Position numbers and translations under genes: made by a program. Shown here in pieces: positions 1-7,290 of a stretch of 43,113 nt of DNA; the first letter of the stretch is position 1, and each line of letters opens with the position of its first letter. The stretch is from Pseudomonas phage HX1, in the sequence record MW406976.1; one strand, 5' to 3'. The notes beneath the pieces were generated by a model that saw nothing but the letters and a program-made list of their open reading frames with translations, made no database searches and had not been told where the DNA came from.

Positions 1-560
1 ATCCTGGCGGGAGTGTCAACCCTGCGGTGGCGTGGCTGCCCATCGGCTCATACTCAGCGCCCTGCGGTGGGCTACCAGCGCCAGCCTACGGTCTTCCCTG
101 GCTCTGGCCCTGGCCGCTGGGTACGGGCTGTGCTGCTCATCCTCTGCTGCCCACCTGGCTAGCTTCCTCTGCCATGCTGCGTCGCGCTGGTGCCAGGCTC
201 GCTCGGCTCTGTCCTGTCTGCTCAGCATCCTCTGTGCCTCCTGGGGCCTCTGCCCTCTGGTCTGGTGGTGGTGCGGGAGTGGCTGGCCTTGCCTCTACGC
301 TACGCCTTGCCTCTTGTGCTGGCATTGCCTCCTGGCTCTACCTGGCGTTGCCTGGGTGGTCCTGGCTTTGCCTGGCCACTCCCTCTAGGCCACGTACTCT
401 ACTCGCCTCTACCTGCCTTGTCTAGTCCTGCTCCCTGTCGCTTCCCGGCTCTACCTGTCGCTCCCTGGGGGTGCTGGTCTACCTCCCTGGCTCTGCCTGG
501 GGCGCTGCGCTGGTCCTGCGGTCTTGCCTCGCCACTCCCTCGCCTGCTCGGTCGCACCTG
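1..560. repeat. A-depleted, C/T/G-rich non-coding region with short direct repeats (CTCTACCTG x4, GCCTTGCCTC x2, CCACTCCCTC x2, many CCTGGC); the same composition continues across the window junction at 42980-43113. Likely terminal-repeat/packaging region, present once in this window
   Basis: A is about 5% of the + strand; no ORF with coding-like codon bias; motif repeats spaced at roughly 30-70 bp. Confidence 0.5.
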
Positions 561-574
561 CGGCGCTGATGGAC

Positions 575-602
575 GCCTATTTGTCCATTGTGTGTGACAT
601 AA
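575..602 (-). promoter_or_regulatory. Inverted copy of the phage-promoter-like motif (minus strand reads TTATGTCACACACAATGGACAA), pointing leftward into the A-depleted end region
   Basis: 19 of 21 positions match the + strand copies at 21239, 21458 and 35737. Confidence 0.45.
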
Positions 603-776
603 CCGCAGCCTTAGTGCCACGCGGGTTTCAGGGTGGTGGTCCTGGCTGGGTGGCTGCTCCCTGGGTGGTGGATTTGCGTTACCTGGGAACGATAATCCTG
701 GCTAGCCAGACTAAGCCTCGCACGCGTGGGTCTCTATACGCGTGGGAAGGCTCCAGGGAGCGCCCTGGCGCGGGTA

Positions 777-805
777 TTGACACGTGGGTAGTAGGTCTGT
801 AGAGT
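777..805 (+). promoter_or_regulatory. Host sigma-70 early promoter P1 (TTGACA, 17-nt spacer, TAGAGT)
   Basis: Perfect -35 hexamer, 17-nt spacer, -10 matches consensus at 4 of 6 positions; GGG upstream of -35. Confidence 0.6.
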
Positions 806-856
806 TCGCCCTGTCTTCACGCAACAACGCCCCTACAGGCAGCCTGGAGACAGGGG

Positions 857-885
857 TTGACACCCTGCCAGGGCATCGGTAGGAT
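857..885 (+). promoter_or_regulatory. Host sigma-70 early promoter P2 (TTGACA, 17-nt spacer, TAGGAT)
   Basis: Perfect -35 hexamer, 17-nt spacer, good -10. Confidence 0.65.
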
Positions 886-1010
886 GCGCAGCCAGAACGA
901 CGGGAGATTGCAACCTTCCAAGCGCGGCACAAGCCATAGGCGCAAGGGACACGGCAAACTCTTAGGGCAGGAACCGCAGTGTGTAAGACCGGCAGGCATC
1001 ACTGAGGGGA

Positions 1011-1038
1011 TTGACAAGGTAGTAAGATGCGGTAAGAT
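1011..1038 (+). promoter_or_regulatory. Host sigma-70 early promoter P3 (TTGACA, 16-nt spacer, TAAGAT)
   Basis: Perfect -35 hexamer; -10 TAAGAT with a 16-nt spacer. Confidence 0.6.
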
Positions 1039-1112
1039 GTGCGGCGTCAAGTGGTCCCGATGTACACACTGTGAAGGGATTACGGCGCGGTCAGACAGAT
1101 GACCGGCACCGC

Positions 1113-1141
1113 TTGACACTGCAAGGCTCAGTCGGTACGAT
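1113..1141 (+). promoter_or_regulatory. Host sigma-70 early promoter P4 (TTGACA, 17-nt spacer, TACGAT)
   Basis: Perfect -35 hexamer, 17-nt spacer. Confidence 0.6.
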
Positions 1142-1261
1142 GGGCACCCATAGCGGACGTGATGGTCCGGGGCGATGCGGATAGGACGCCTTGTTTATAA
1201 CCTGACCGCAAAGCTGTGACTCCAGCCGATAGGACTGACCCACCACGTAAATACAGACGGG

Positions 1262-1290
1262 TTGACACGACAAGGCCAAGTCGCTAACAT
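1262..1290 (+). promoter_or_regulatory. Host sigma-70 early promoter P5 (TTGACA, 17-nt spacer, TAACAT)
   Basis: Perfect -35 hexamer, 17-nt spacer. Confidence 0.6.
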
Positions 1291-1768
1291 GGCCGCCACA
1301 AAGGGAAGCGATAGCTTCCTGGCGGTAGAGGATCAAAGCTTCACCTGCGGAACATGGACAGGTGCGGTGGCGAACCGAAGCTGCAACTGGTTAGGCAGGG
1401 TTCCAGGGAATACCTGTCGGGTGCTGAAGACTCACCCAAAAGAGTCTGAGCGGGAAGCCTCCCCGTCCACGGTTAAGCAAAGGGCCTATGGTAGGTCCGG
1501 TGGGAACGAATAGAGTGTCGGTGGGATCGGGACTAGAATACCCGGTTAATCGCGACCGACAGTATGCTGGGTAGTATCGGTGGGCCGATTGAACAAGGCC
1601 ACGCAGATATCGCAAAGGGTAGCGGGGATGAGTGCTGACGATCCGCAAGAGTATGCGAAGGACAAGCGAGAACTGCTGATGCTACAGGGACTATGCCAAT
1701 GCCAAGGTTTGTCCCTTGAGGCCCTTCCACCGAGGGGATTCAAGAGACAGACCTAGTGAGGATTGCCG

Positions 1769-2053
1769 ATGGCACACTTCAAGGCTAAGGCTCCCAAGTC
1801 GCCCTTTGCTGCTCAGGTAGCGTACTGGCGAGACTGGGAAGCCAAACGTACTAAGCTCATCGCACAGGATAACGTCGAAGGGCGCAAAGAGCTTCGCAAG
1901 ATGCGTGACGTGCGCTATGCTACCGACCCGGAGCCAGCGCCAGGACGCTACCACAACCCTGAACAGAAGGCTTTCGTGAAGGGTAGCGAAGGCAAGGCGC
2001 GGAACATCCTGAAGGGATGGAACGCTAAGAAGTCGCAAGGGAAGGGTTTGTAA
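1769..2053 (+). CDS. Early hypothetical protein, basic, 94 aa
   Basis: ATG 1769 with GAGGA 6 nt upstream; high GC3; first ORF after the promoter array. Confidence 0.7.
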   Translation: MAHFKAKAPKSPFAAQVAYWRDWEAKRTKLIAQDNVEGRKELRKMRDVRYATDPEPAPGRYHNPEQKAFVKGSEGKARNILKGWNAKKSQGKGL

Positions 2054-2280
2054 TGCCACGTGTGAATGAACTGACGCCGCGTCAACGCAAAGCCGCCAAG
2101 GCTCGCCGCGACAAGGCACGCCGGATTGATCTAGCGCACAAGATGCCGAAAGGCGCCGACTGCCCGATCTTCCGCAAGGCTGAGCAGGCGCAAGCTAAGC
2201 AGCCCCGCGTCGATACCCTGACCACTCCACGTAGTGCCGGCTACCTGGCCGCCGCTGCTTACCTGAACAAATCCATCTGA
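2053..2280 (+). CDS. Early hypothetical protein, Arg/Lys-rich, 75 aa
   Basis: TAATG overlap with the previous gene; high GC3. Confidence 0.65.
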   Translation: MPRVNELTPRQRKAAKARRDKARRIDLAHKMPKGADCPIFRKAEQAQAKQPRVDTLTTPRSAGYLAAAAYLNKSI

Positions 2281-2290
2281 GGTACATACC

Positions 2291-2830
2291 ATGACCAACG
2301 CAATCTCCAAAACCGTAATCGCATTCCGTGGCACCGAAGAGATCAACCGCGCTATCGACGCCATCCGTGTCCGTGGTAAGGAACTCGACGAAGCCATTCA
2401 ACTGACCGGCCTGTCGATCATCCATCACATCGACCAGTGCGGCGACGTGACCGTAGTCAAGGCGCTGTATGAAGCCATGCCGAAGGGCAGCCGCCGCAAT
2501 GCGCTGGTCGAGTGGCTGGTGCTGCACGGCAAGGTACAGGTTAACACCGACAAGAAATCGAACAAGGACCTGCCCTTCCTGTACAACAAGTTCGGCAAGA
2601 CCGATCTCGTTGGCGCCACCGACAACCCGTGGTACAGCTTCAAGCCTGAGAAAGCGCTGGACCAGGAGTTTAACCTGGCCGCTGCCCTGGCCACGATCAA
2701 AAAGCAGGTGCTCCAGGCGCAGACCAAGGGTAAGGTGATCGTTGGCATGGAACTGCTGGGTGACCTGGAAGCGCTGGCCGCCAAGGCTGCACCCATCGCT
2801 GAGCAGAGCAAGCGTGCTGCCGCCCATTGA
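2291..2830 (+). CDS. Early hypothetical protein, 179 aa
   Basis: ATG with GAGGT upstream; coding-like codon bias. Confidence 0.7.
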   Translation: MTNAISKTVIAFRGTEEINRAIDAIRVRGKELDEAIQLTGLSIIHHIDQCGDVTVVKALYEAMPKGSRRNALVEWLVLHGKVQVNTDKKSNKDLPFLYNKFGKTDLVGATDNPWYSFKPEKALDQEFNLAAALATIKKQVLQAQTKGKVIVGMELLGDLEALAAKAAPIAEQSKRAAAH

Positions 2831-2838
2831 CTCAAGTC

Positions 2839-2861
2839 GAACGCCTGCTAAGCGGGCGTTC
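2839..2861 (+). terminator. Stem-loop after gene 2291..2830 (GAACGCC, loop, GGCGTTC)
   Basis: 7-bp perfect stem immediately 3' of the stop; no U-tract. Confidence 0.3.
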
Positions 2862-2892
2862 CGCTGGAATCAATGACAACTGGAGAAACACG

Positions 2893-2997
2893 ATGAGCTA
2901 CAAGCAACGCCTGCAACGTCAAATCGCCCTGGCACAGTACAGCCGCCCGGCTCAGTTCCCGTACGGCGAGCAGGCCGTCCAGGCGAAAGGGGAGTGA
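2893..2997 (+). CDS. Small ORF, 34 aa (MSYKQRLQRQIALAQYSRPAQFPYGEQAVQAKGE); below the ORF-track cutoff
   Basis: GGAGA 6 nt upstream; strong GC3 bias. Confidence 0.4.
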   Translation: MSYKQRLQRQIALAQYSRPAQFPYGEQAVQAKGE

Positions 2998-2999
2998 CC

Positions 3000-3119
3000 A
3001 TGGACTTCTGGATCGCCCTCCCCTTCCTCGAACTCGGCCTCAACCTCGGCGAGGATGAACTGCGCATGTTGTGGTTCAGCGGCCTGACGGTACTCTTCAT
3101 CCACCTCCTGAAGCGGTGA
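3000..3119 (+). CDS. Small hydrophobic peptide, 39 aa (MDFWIALPFLELGLNLGEDELRMLWFSGLTVLFIHLLKR)
   Basis: ATG overlaps the upstream stop (TGACCATG); very high GC3; two hydrophobic stretches. Confidence 0.4.
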   Translation: MDFWIALPFLELGLNLGEDELRMLWFSGLTVLFIHLLKR

Positions 3120-3141
3120 CTCAAGTCATGGCCCTGGCGGG

Positions 3142-3160
3142 CGACCCTCGCCTACTCCGG
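3142..3160 (+). other. phiKMV-type nick consensus CGACcctcgCCTACTCCGG
   Basis: Exact match to CGACNNNNNCCTACTCCGG; 38 nt upstream of the ATG at 3198. Confidence 0.7.
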
Positions 3161-3197
3161 GGCCATCGCTGGACTCATCACAAGCGAGAACTAAACC

Positions 3198-3566
3198 ATG
3201 CAAGCTTTGAATACTCTGTTGATCGCAATCCCCAAGGACCCGGCGGGCCGATTCAACGCAGCCGACAAGGTGCTATGCGCCCATGGCTTCCGTATGGGTG
3301 ACCTGAACCGCGCCCACGTCCTGACCCCCGGCGGGTTCATCGTGGTAGGCGCCGGCGTGACCGTCAACCGCTACGACGAAGCGTATCGCATGAGCCGCAA
3401 TCTCGACTCCGAAGGCTTCGACGTGCTGCTGGTCCAGGGCAGCCCGCTGTCCGGGCACGTCACCTGCCAGGCGTATGGCTGGATCAACGCTGAATACCGC
3501 AAGGGCTGCGCGAACGGGCGTCCGATCTTCGACATTGCAGGAACCTCGTACCATGTCCTCGCGTGA
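3198..3566 (+). CDS. Early hypothetical protein, 122 aa
   Basis: Codon bias; weak RBS. Confidence 0.65.
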   Translation: MQALNTLLIAIPKDPAGRFNAADKVLCAHGFRMGDLNRAHVLTPGGFIVVGAGVTVNRYDEAYRMSRNLDSEGFDVLLVQGSPLSGHVTCQAYGWINAEYRKGCANGRPIFDIAGTSYHVLA

Positions 3567-3780
3567 TCCCTACCGTATCGGCCACCGCGTGGGGCTGGTG
3601 AACTACAGCGACCGCTACCTGGGTGCCGACGCGGCAGGCACCAAGGGCACCATCGAAGCCATAACCCGACCGTCCCGCTGTATGACGATCTACCACGTAC
3701 GCTGCGAGCGGACCCTGCGCCTGATCGAGGCCGAGGCCCGTAACGTGCGGTTCATCAGACAGCTACCGACCCGCAAATGA
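3553..3780 (+). CDS. Early hypothetical protein, 75 aa
   Basis: Internal ATG of track ORF 3475..3780 that overlaps the upstream stop; GGA upstream. Confidence 0.55.
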   Translation: MSSRDPYRIGHRVGLVNYSDRYLGADAAGTKGTIEAITRPSRCMTIYHVRCERTLRLIEAEARNVRFIRQLPTRK

Positions 3781-3962
3781 CGTGGCTCATCATCGCTGTC
3801 AGCCCGTCGGGCGGTTGCGCCTTCGTGTGGAGTCGCAAGCGCCCGGTGCGTCCCTTGCGATTCTACTCACGCAAGGCAGCTAAACGCTGGCTTCGCAAGC
3901 ATCGCCGCACGGCCTTGCTTGGGAGCCGGTTCCTCATCGTGAACTGGAGCAAGCGCATATGA
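3777..3962 (+). CDS. Early hypothetical basic protein, 61 aa
   Basis: ATGA overlap coupling; Arg/Lys-rich C-terminus. Confidence 0.55.
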   Translation: MTWLIIAVSPSGGCAFVWSRKRPVRPLRFYSRKAAKRWLRKHRRTALLGSRFLIVNWSKRI

Positions 3963-4138
3963 AACCGAGCTATACCGTCCGACTGACCGACGGAACTACC
4001 CGCCAGGTGCAGGCCGATTACGTGGTCGCCAGTGATACCTTCGTAGAGCTGTGGCGGGACAGCCGGGCGGTGGCCCTCTACCCGGCCTTCGAAGTCCAGG
4101 AGGTCTTCCGTACCGATTGTGTACAGGAGGGCGAGTAA
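3959..4138 (+). CDS. Early hypothetical protein, 59 aa (MKPSYTVRLTDGTTRQ...)
   Basis: ATGA overlap with previous gene, TAATG overlap with next; below track cutoff. Confidence 0.5.
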   Translation: MKPSYTVRLTDGTTRQVQADYVVASDTFVELWRDSRAVALYPAFEVQEVFRTDCVQEGE

Positions 4139-4431
4139 TGGCCGTCAAGACCGTGTATGTCAAGCCTGAAGACCCGGCGCCACCAGTCTTGTCCGTAGGG
4201 CGCCTGTCCCCAGGTGAACTCTACAAGGTGGTGACGCCTAGCTCGGCAGAGGGCGCCGTTGTGCTGGCGACCAAGCAGACGCCTGCCCTCGCCCAGGCAG
4301 CCATCGTACTGCACAGCATGAACCCCGCGCAGTACGCGGTGGGCACGGCCATACTAAACACAGACTGGCGGTGCCGCCGCCTGGGTGCCGGCGAGTACAT
4401 CAAGCTCGTTCAAGGGGAGGCCGACCAATGA
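4138..4431 (+). CDS. Early protein, 97 aa; paralogue of 4682..4975 (shared GELYKVV / GELYRVV core)
   Basis: Internal ATG of track ORF 4051..4431; same length and weak but consistent similarity to the 4682 product. Confidence 0.65.
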   Translation: MAVKTVYVKPEDPAPPVLSVGRLSPGELYKVVTPSSAEGAVVLATKQTPALAQAAIVLHSMNPAQYAVGTAILNTDWRCRRLGAGEYIKLVQGEADQ

Positions 4432-4664
4432 TCGCTGCCCTGTTCGTACTCGGCCTGTACTGCTGCCTCGGCCTGCTGGCAGGTGCCTGCTACTGCATCG
4501 CAGTGGCGCCACCGTTCGAGAACCCGACGGAAGTGCAGTTCCAGGACGCATGCGTAATCGGGTGCGTCTGGCCACTCGTGATCATCGCCGGAATATTCCT
4601 GGCGCTGCGCGCCGTGTACCGGGGCCTCCTGGCCGGGCTGAAGCGCCACCTGAACATCAAGTAA
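4428..4664 (+). CDS. Small membrane protein, 78 aa, two predicted TM helices, Cys-rich
   Basis: ATGA overlap; hydrophobic segments LFVLGLYCCLGLLAGACYCIA and VWPLVIIAGIFLAL. Confidence 0.65.
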   Translation: MIAALFVLGLYCCLGLLAGACYCIAVAPPFENPTEVQFQDACVIGCVWPLVIIAGIFLALRAVYRGLLAGLKRHLNIK

Positions 4665-4681
4665 CTACAGGAGATGACGGA

Positions 4682-4975
4682 ATGATCCGTACCCATACCC
4701 ACAATGCCAACCTCGTACCGACCCGCCTGTACCGGCACACCGAATTGGAGGCAGGCGAGCTGTACCGTGTGGTGCAGCCCGAGTCCCGTCGAGGCACGCT
4801 GGTGCTCGGCGTGGGGAGCACGACCGACCGGGGCGTCCGCACGACGGTGCCTGTAGTCATCCACGATGAAGTCGAGGGCAACCTGTCCACCCCGAGTCCC
4901 ACTGTGCTGCGCAATGATACCTGGCGCATGGTACTCGTCGACAAGGGCACCCAAGTGACGATCACCGCCGAGTGA
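4682..4975 (+). CDS. Early protein, 97 aa; paralogue of 4138..4431
   Basis: GGAG RBS; internal ATG of track ORF 4385..4975. Confidence 0.65.
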   Translation: MIRTHTHNANLVPTRLYRHTELEAGELYRVVQPESRRGTLVLGVGSTTDRGVRTTVPVVIHDEVEGNLSTPSPTVLRNDTWRMVLVDKGTQVTITAE

Positions 4976-4983
4976 CCAAGGCG

Positions 4984-5003
4984 AAGGCTGGCGCGCCAGC
5001 CTT
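4984..5003 (+). other. Perfect 20-bp palindrome AAGGCTGGCGCGCCAGCCTT (tight hairpin or protein-binding/RNA-processing site)
   Basis: Exact dyad symmetry directly after the stop at 4975. Confidence 0.4.
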
Positions 5004-5053
5004 CCACCGTGGCCATTCCTTGCCGCGATCCAACTCAACTGAGGAGCTACAAC

Positions 5054-5470
5054 ATGACCAACGTCAACACCACCACCGAAACCACCACCGCTGCTGTCCT
5101 GGGTGCCAAGCTGATCAAGAAGCCGGCCACCGTCGAGGACTTCCGCAACAACGTGGTCTTCCACCATAGCGCCCTGACCAAGCTGACCGAGGTCTACAAC
5201 GAAGCGGTCGCCGCCCTGCAAACCGCCGAGCGCCTGTCCAGCCTCGTTGCCGGCGACGTGATTACCTTCGACCACGGCAAGGGCGAGAAAGCCGAAGTGC
5301 TGAGCGGCGAAGTCATCAGCGTAGTCGCCGGCGTCTATCAGGTGCTGGTCCGCTTCAGCGACAGCGCACCGGCCAAGCTGCTGGACGTGAAGGCCAGCGC
5401 CATCCGCGCCGTCCAGTCGTCGGCAGCTCAGGCTGCAACCCTCGACGAAGCCATCGCCGAAGGCGAGTAA
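5054..5470 (+). CDS. Early hypothetical protein, 138 aa, Thr-rich N-terminus
   Basis: GAGGAG RBS 7 nt upstream; codon bias. Confidence 0.7.
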   Translation: MTNVNTTTETTTAAVLGAKLIKKPATVEDFRNNVVFHHSALTKLTEVYNEAVAALQTAERLSSLVAGDVITFDHGKGEKAEVLSGEVISVVAGVYQVLVRFSDSAPAKLLDVKASAIRAVQSSAAQAATLDEAIAEGE

Positions 5471-5481
5471 GGCCCGCACGT

Positions 5482-5507
5482 AATAGGCCCGGCCCTCCGG
5501 GCCTATT
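5482..5507 (+). terminator. Strong hairpin (AATAGGCCCGG, CCCT, CCGGGCCTATT); candidate early-region terminator or processing site
   Basis: 11-bp perfect stem with 4-nt loop in the intergenic gap 5471-5538. Confidence 0.5.
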
Positions 5508-5538
5508 GCGAGCTAGCCATACCATAGGAGGAGTCACC

Positions 5539-5898
5539 ATGAGCAAGCGCAATCCCGAGCACATCAACGGCACCGTGCGTAGTGTCAGCGTCTCATCGCC
5601 AGCGGTCACCCAGGAACTGGAGGATCGTCTGGCGGCTGCCCTGGCCGTGTGCCAGCAGCGGGCAGAGGACATCGACCTGCTGAGCCGCCGTCTCCAGGCA
5701 GCCGAGCGCGCACGTCGCTGGGAGATCGACGAGATTCGCAACCACCAGGCGACCATCCGCCTGTTGCAGAACGACCTGAACGCTGCGCACGATGCCCATG
5801 AGGCACAAGAGCGCCGCGCTCGCAAGGCAACCATCATGGCTTGGGTATGCTTGCTGACCGCAGGTTTGGCCGTCACCCTGAAGCTGGCAGGAGTCTGA
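5539..5898 (+). CDS. Hypothetical coiled-coil protein with C-terminal TM anchor, 119 aa
   Basis: GGAGGAG RBS; C-terminal hydrophobic segment IMAWVCLLTAGLAVTL. Confidence 0.65.
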   Translation: MSKRNPEHINGTVRSVSVSSPAVTQELEDRLAAALAVCQQRAEDIDLLSRRLQAAERARRWEIDEIRNHQATIRLLQNDLNAAHDAHEAQERRARKATIMAWVCLLTAGLAVTLKLAGV

Positions 5899-5900
5899 TC

Positions 5901-6791
5901 ATGCAGTGCAAAGACCTTTACACGAACCTCGCATCGGACATGTTCAGCGTACCGTGCTCCCAGGTGACCCCGGAGATGCGCCGTGTGGCCAAGAGCCGGG
6001 CATTCGCCCACGCCTATATGCCCAAGAAACAGGCTTCGGGCGGGACTTACACCGCCCGTGTGAGCGGCGTCACCTGTGACGGCAAGGTGCGCGTGGACGC
6101 GGTGGTGGACCACGTGGAACCTCAGCGCAAAGTGTGCAAACATCGTGCGCTGGGTGTAGCCTTCGGCATGCCCGACATCGAGGTGACGCCCAACCCGAAT
6201 CCGGCCAACTTCACCAAGATCGAAGAGCACGTCCTGGCGATGTACAACACCGGCAAGGACGACAAGCAACGCGCCGACGAGTACGAAAAGCTGCTGCTGA
6301 AGGTATTCCCGCTGGTATCGAAGAAGGCCGGCCCGCTGTCCGCCAAGGACTTCGAGATACGCCTGCTCGACCTGCACACGACCAAGCTGGCGGTAAACCG
6401 TGCCCTACGCGATGCCGGAATAGAGATGGACGGACCGCTGCGCAGCCGGGTACGGAAGCTTGCGGACCGGAATAACGAGATGGGCGCTGAACTGTTCGGC
6501 CTCAAGCAGGGCTTGACCCGGCTGGTGGAGGTAGGTCAACGGGCCGGCCTGTATTGGGACGGCGCGGAGACTCAGCGATTGCTGACGGTGGCCCCGACCA
6601 AGGCCGTCTGTCAGCTCATCAGCAAGCTGACCGGCGTGCGGTATACCTTCCGCGCTTCCGTGGCGAAGGCTGAGGCCGAGGCTCGTGAGCAGGCGAAGGC
6701 GGCGGCTAAGGACACCTGGCAGGCAGCAACCTTCGCAGCCACCATCGCCGGCGGCGTCGTGGGCAGCGTGCTGACGTACCTGCTCGTCTAA
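5901..6791 (+). CDS. Hypothetical protein, 296 aa
   Basis: GGAG RBS; TGATCATG coupling; codon bias. Confidence 0.7.
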   Translation: MQCKDLYTNLASDMFSVPCSQVTPEMRRVAKSRAFAHAYMPKKQASGGTYTARVSGVTCDGKVRVDAVVDHVEPQRKVCKHRALGVAFGMPDIEVTPNPNPANFTKIEEHVLAMYNTGKDDKQRADEYEKLLLKVFPLVSKKAGPLSAKDFEIRLLDLHTTKLAVNRALRDAGIEMDGPLRSRVRKLADRNNEMGAELFGLKQGLTRLVEVGQRAGLYWDGAETQRLLTVAPTKAVCQLISKLTGVRYTFRASVAKAEAEAREQAKAAAKDTWQAATFAATIAGGVVGSVLTYLLV

Positions 6792-6792
6792 G

Positions 6793-6811
6793 CGACCAGG
6801 GCCTACTCCGG
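6793..6811 (+). other. phiKMV-type nick consensus CGACcagggCCTACTCCGG
   Basis: Exact consensus match; 2 nt after the stop at 6791 and 60 nt upstream of the ATG at 6871. Confidence 0.7.
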
Positions 6812-6821
6812 GGTCAAATCC

Positions 6822-6844
6822 GAGGGCGTTCCTAGAGCGCCCTC
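6822..6844 (+). terminator. Hairpin GAGGGCG, 9-nt loop, CGCCCTC
   Basis: 7-bp stem between the nick motif and the GGAGGA RBS. Confidence 0.3.
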
Positions 6845-6870
6845 TCGTGTGAGTCTGGAGGATCACGAAC

Positions 6871-7290
6871 ATGCAATACCACTTCACGCATTACAACGGA
6901 TACCGCTTCGGCGTCGAGCTGGAGGACGAAGCCGTCTTCCCGTGCATAGACGGCAAGCGGGCGACCTGGGACAAGGTGGCGGCGTGTGCCGGTAGCCTTG
7001 TGCATTACATGGCGCAGGACCTGATTGACTTCGGCCAGCGCAAGTTGAGGGATTTAGAAGATGAGCAAGACGAGCCTGTATCCGCTGAGCCTGCATCCCG
7101 GCCTGATTCAAATCAGGACGATCCACGTATTCAGCATCCAAGCCCCGAGCGACGCCGCGAACTGGTGGCAGTGGTTCCTCTGGCAACGGAAGTACCACCC
7201 GCTCCGGGAAAGCCTGAGTCCAGCCGGGGAGCTGAGTGCGAATATCGCCGAGTGTGTGCTCCACCTCCGCCGGAATGGCTGGCAAGATAA
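6871..7290 (+). CDS. Hypothetical protein. The 5' part (6871 to about 7060) has coding-like codon bias; the 3' part overlaps the GNAT gene out of frame with poor codon bias, so the true C-terminus is uncertain
   Basis: GGAGGA RBS; GC3 drops once the 7061 frame begins. Confidence 0.4.
   Translation: MQYHFTHYNGYRFGVELEDEAVFPCIDGKRATWDKVAACAGSLVHYMAQDLIDFGQRKLRDLEDEQDEPVSAEPASRPDSNQDDPRIQHPSPERRRELVAVVPLATEVPPAPGKPESSRGAECEYRRVCAPPPPEWLAR

Noticed and set aside
160-290. Chi-like GCTGGTG / CTGGTGG strings in the end region
   Set aside because: Not exact E. coli Chi octamers, and no defined Chi for the likely host; a by-product of the CTGG-rich repeat composition.
27-620. ORFs across the A-depleted left-end region (27..425, 32..388, 190..597)
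   Set aside because: Low-complexity translation (Leu/Pro/Ala/Ser/Trp runs) that follows from the compositional skew; no RBS; the region behaves as repeat DNA.
1262-1513. Track ORF beginning at the TTG of the TTGACA -35 hexamer of promoter P5
   Set aside because: Start is a promoter element; internal ATG at 1289 lies at the -10; GC3 is mediocre; no RBS.
3071-3301. Track ORF 3071..3301 spanning the nick motif
   Set aside because: Starts inside the small 3000..3119 peptide gene in another frame and reads through the conserved non-coding motif and the 3198 start; no codon bias.
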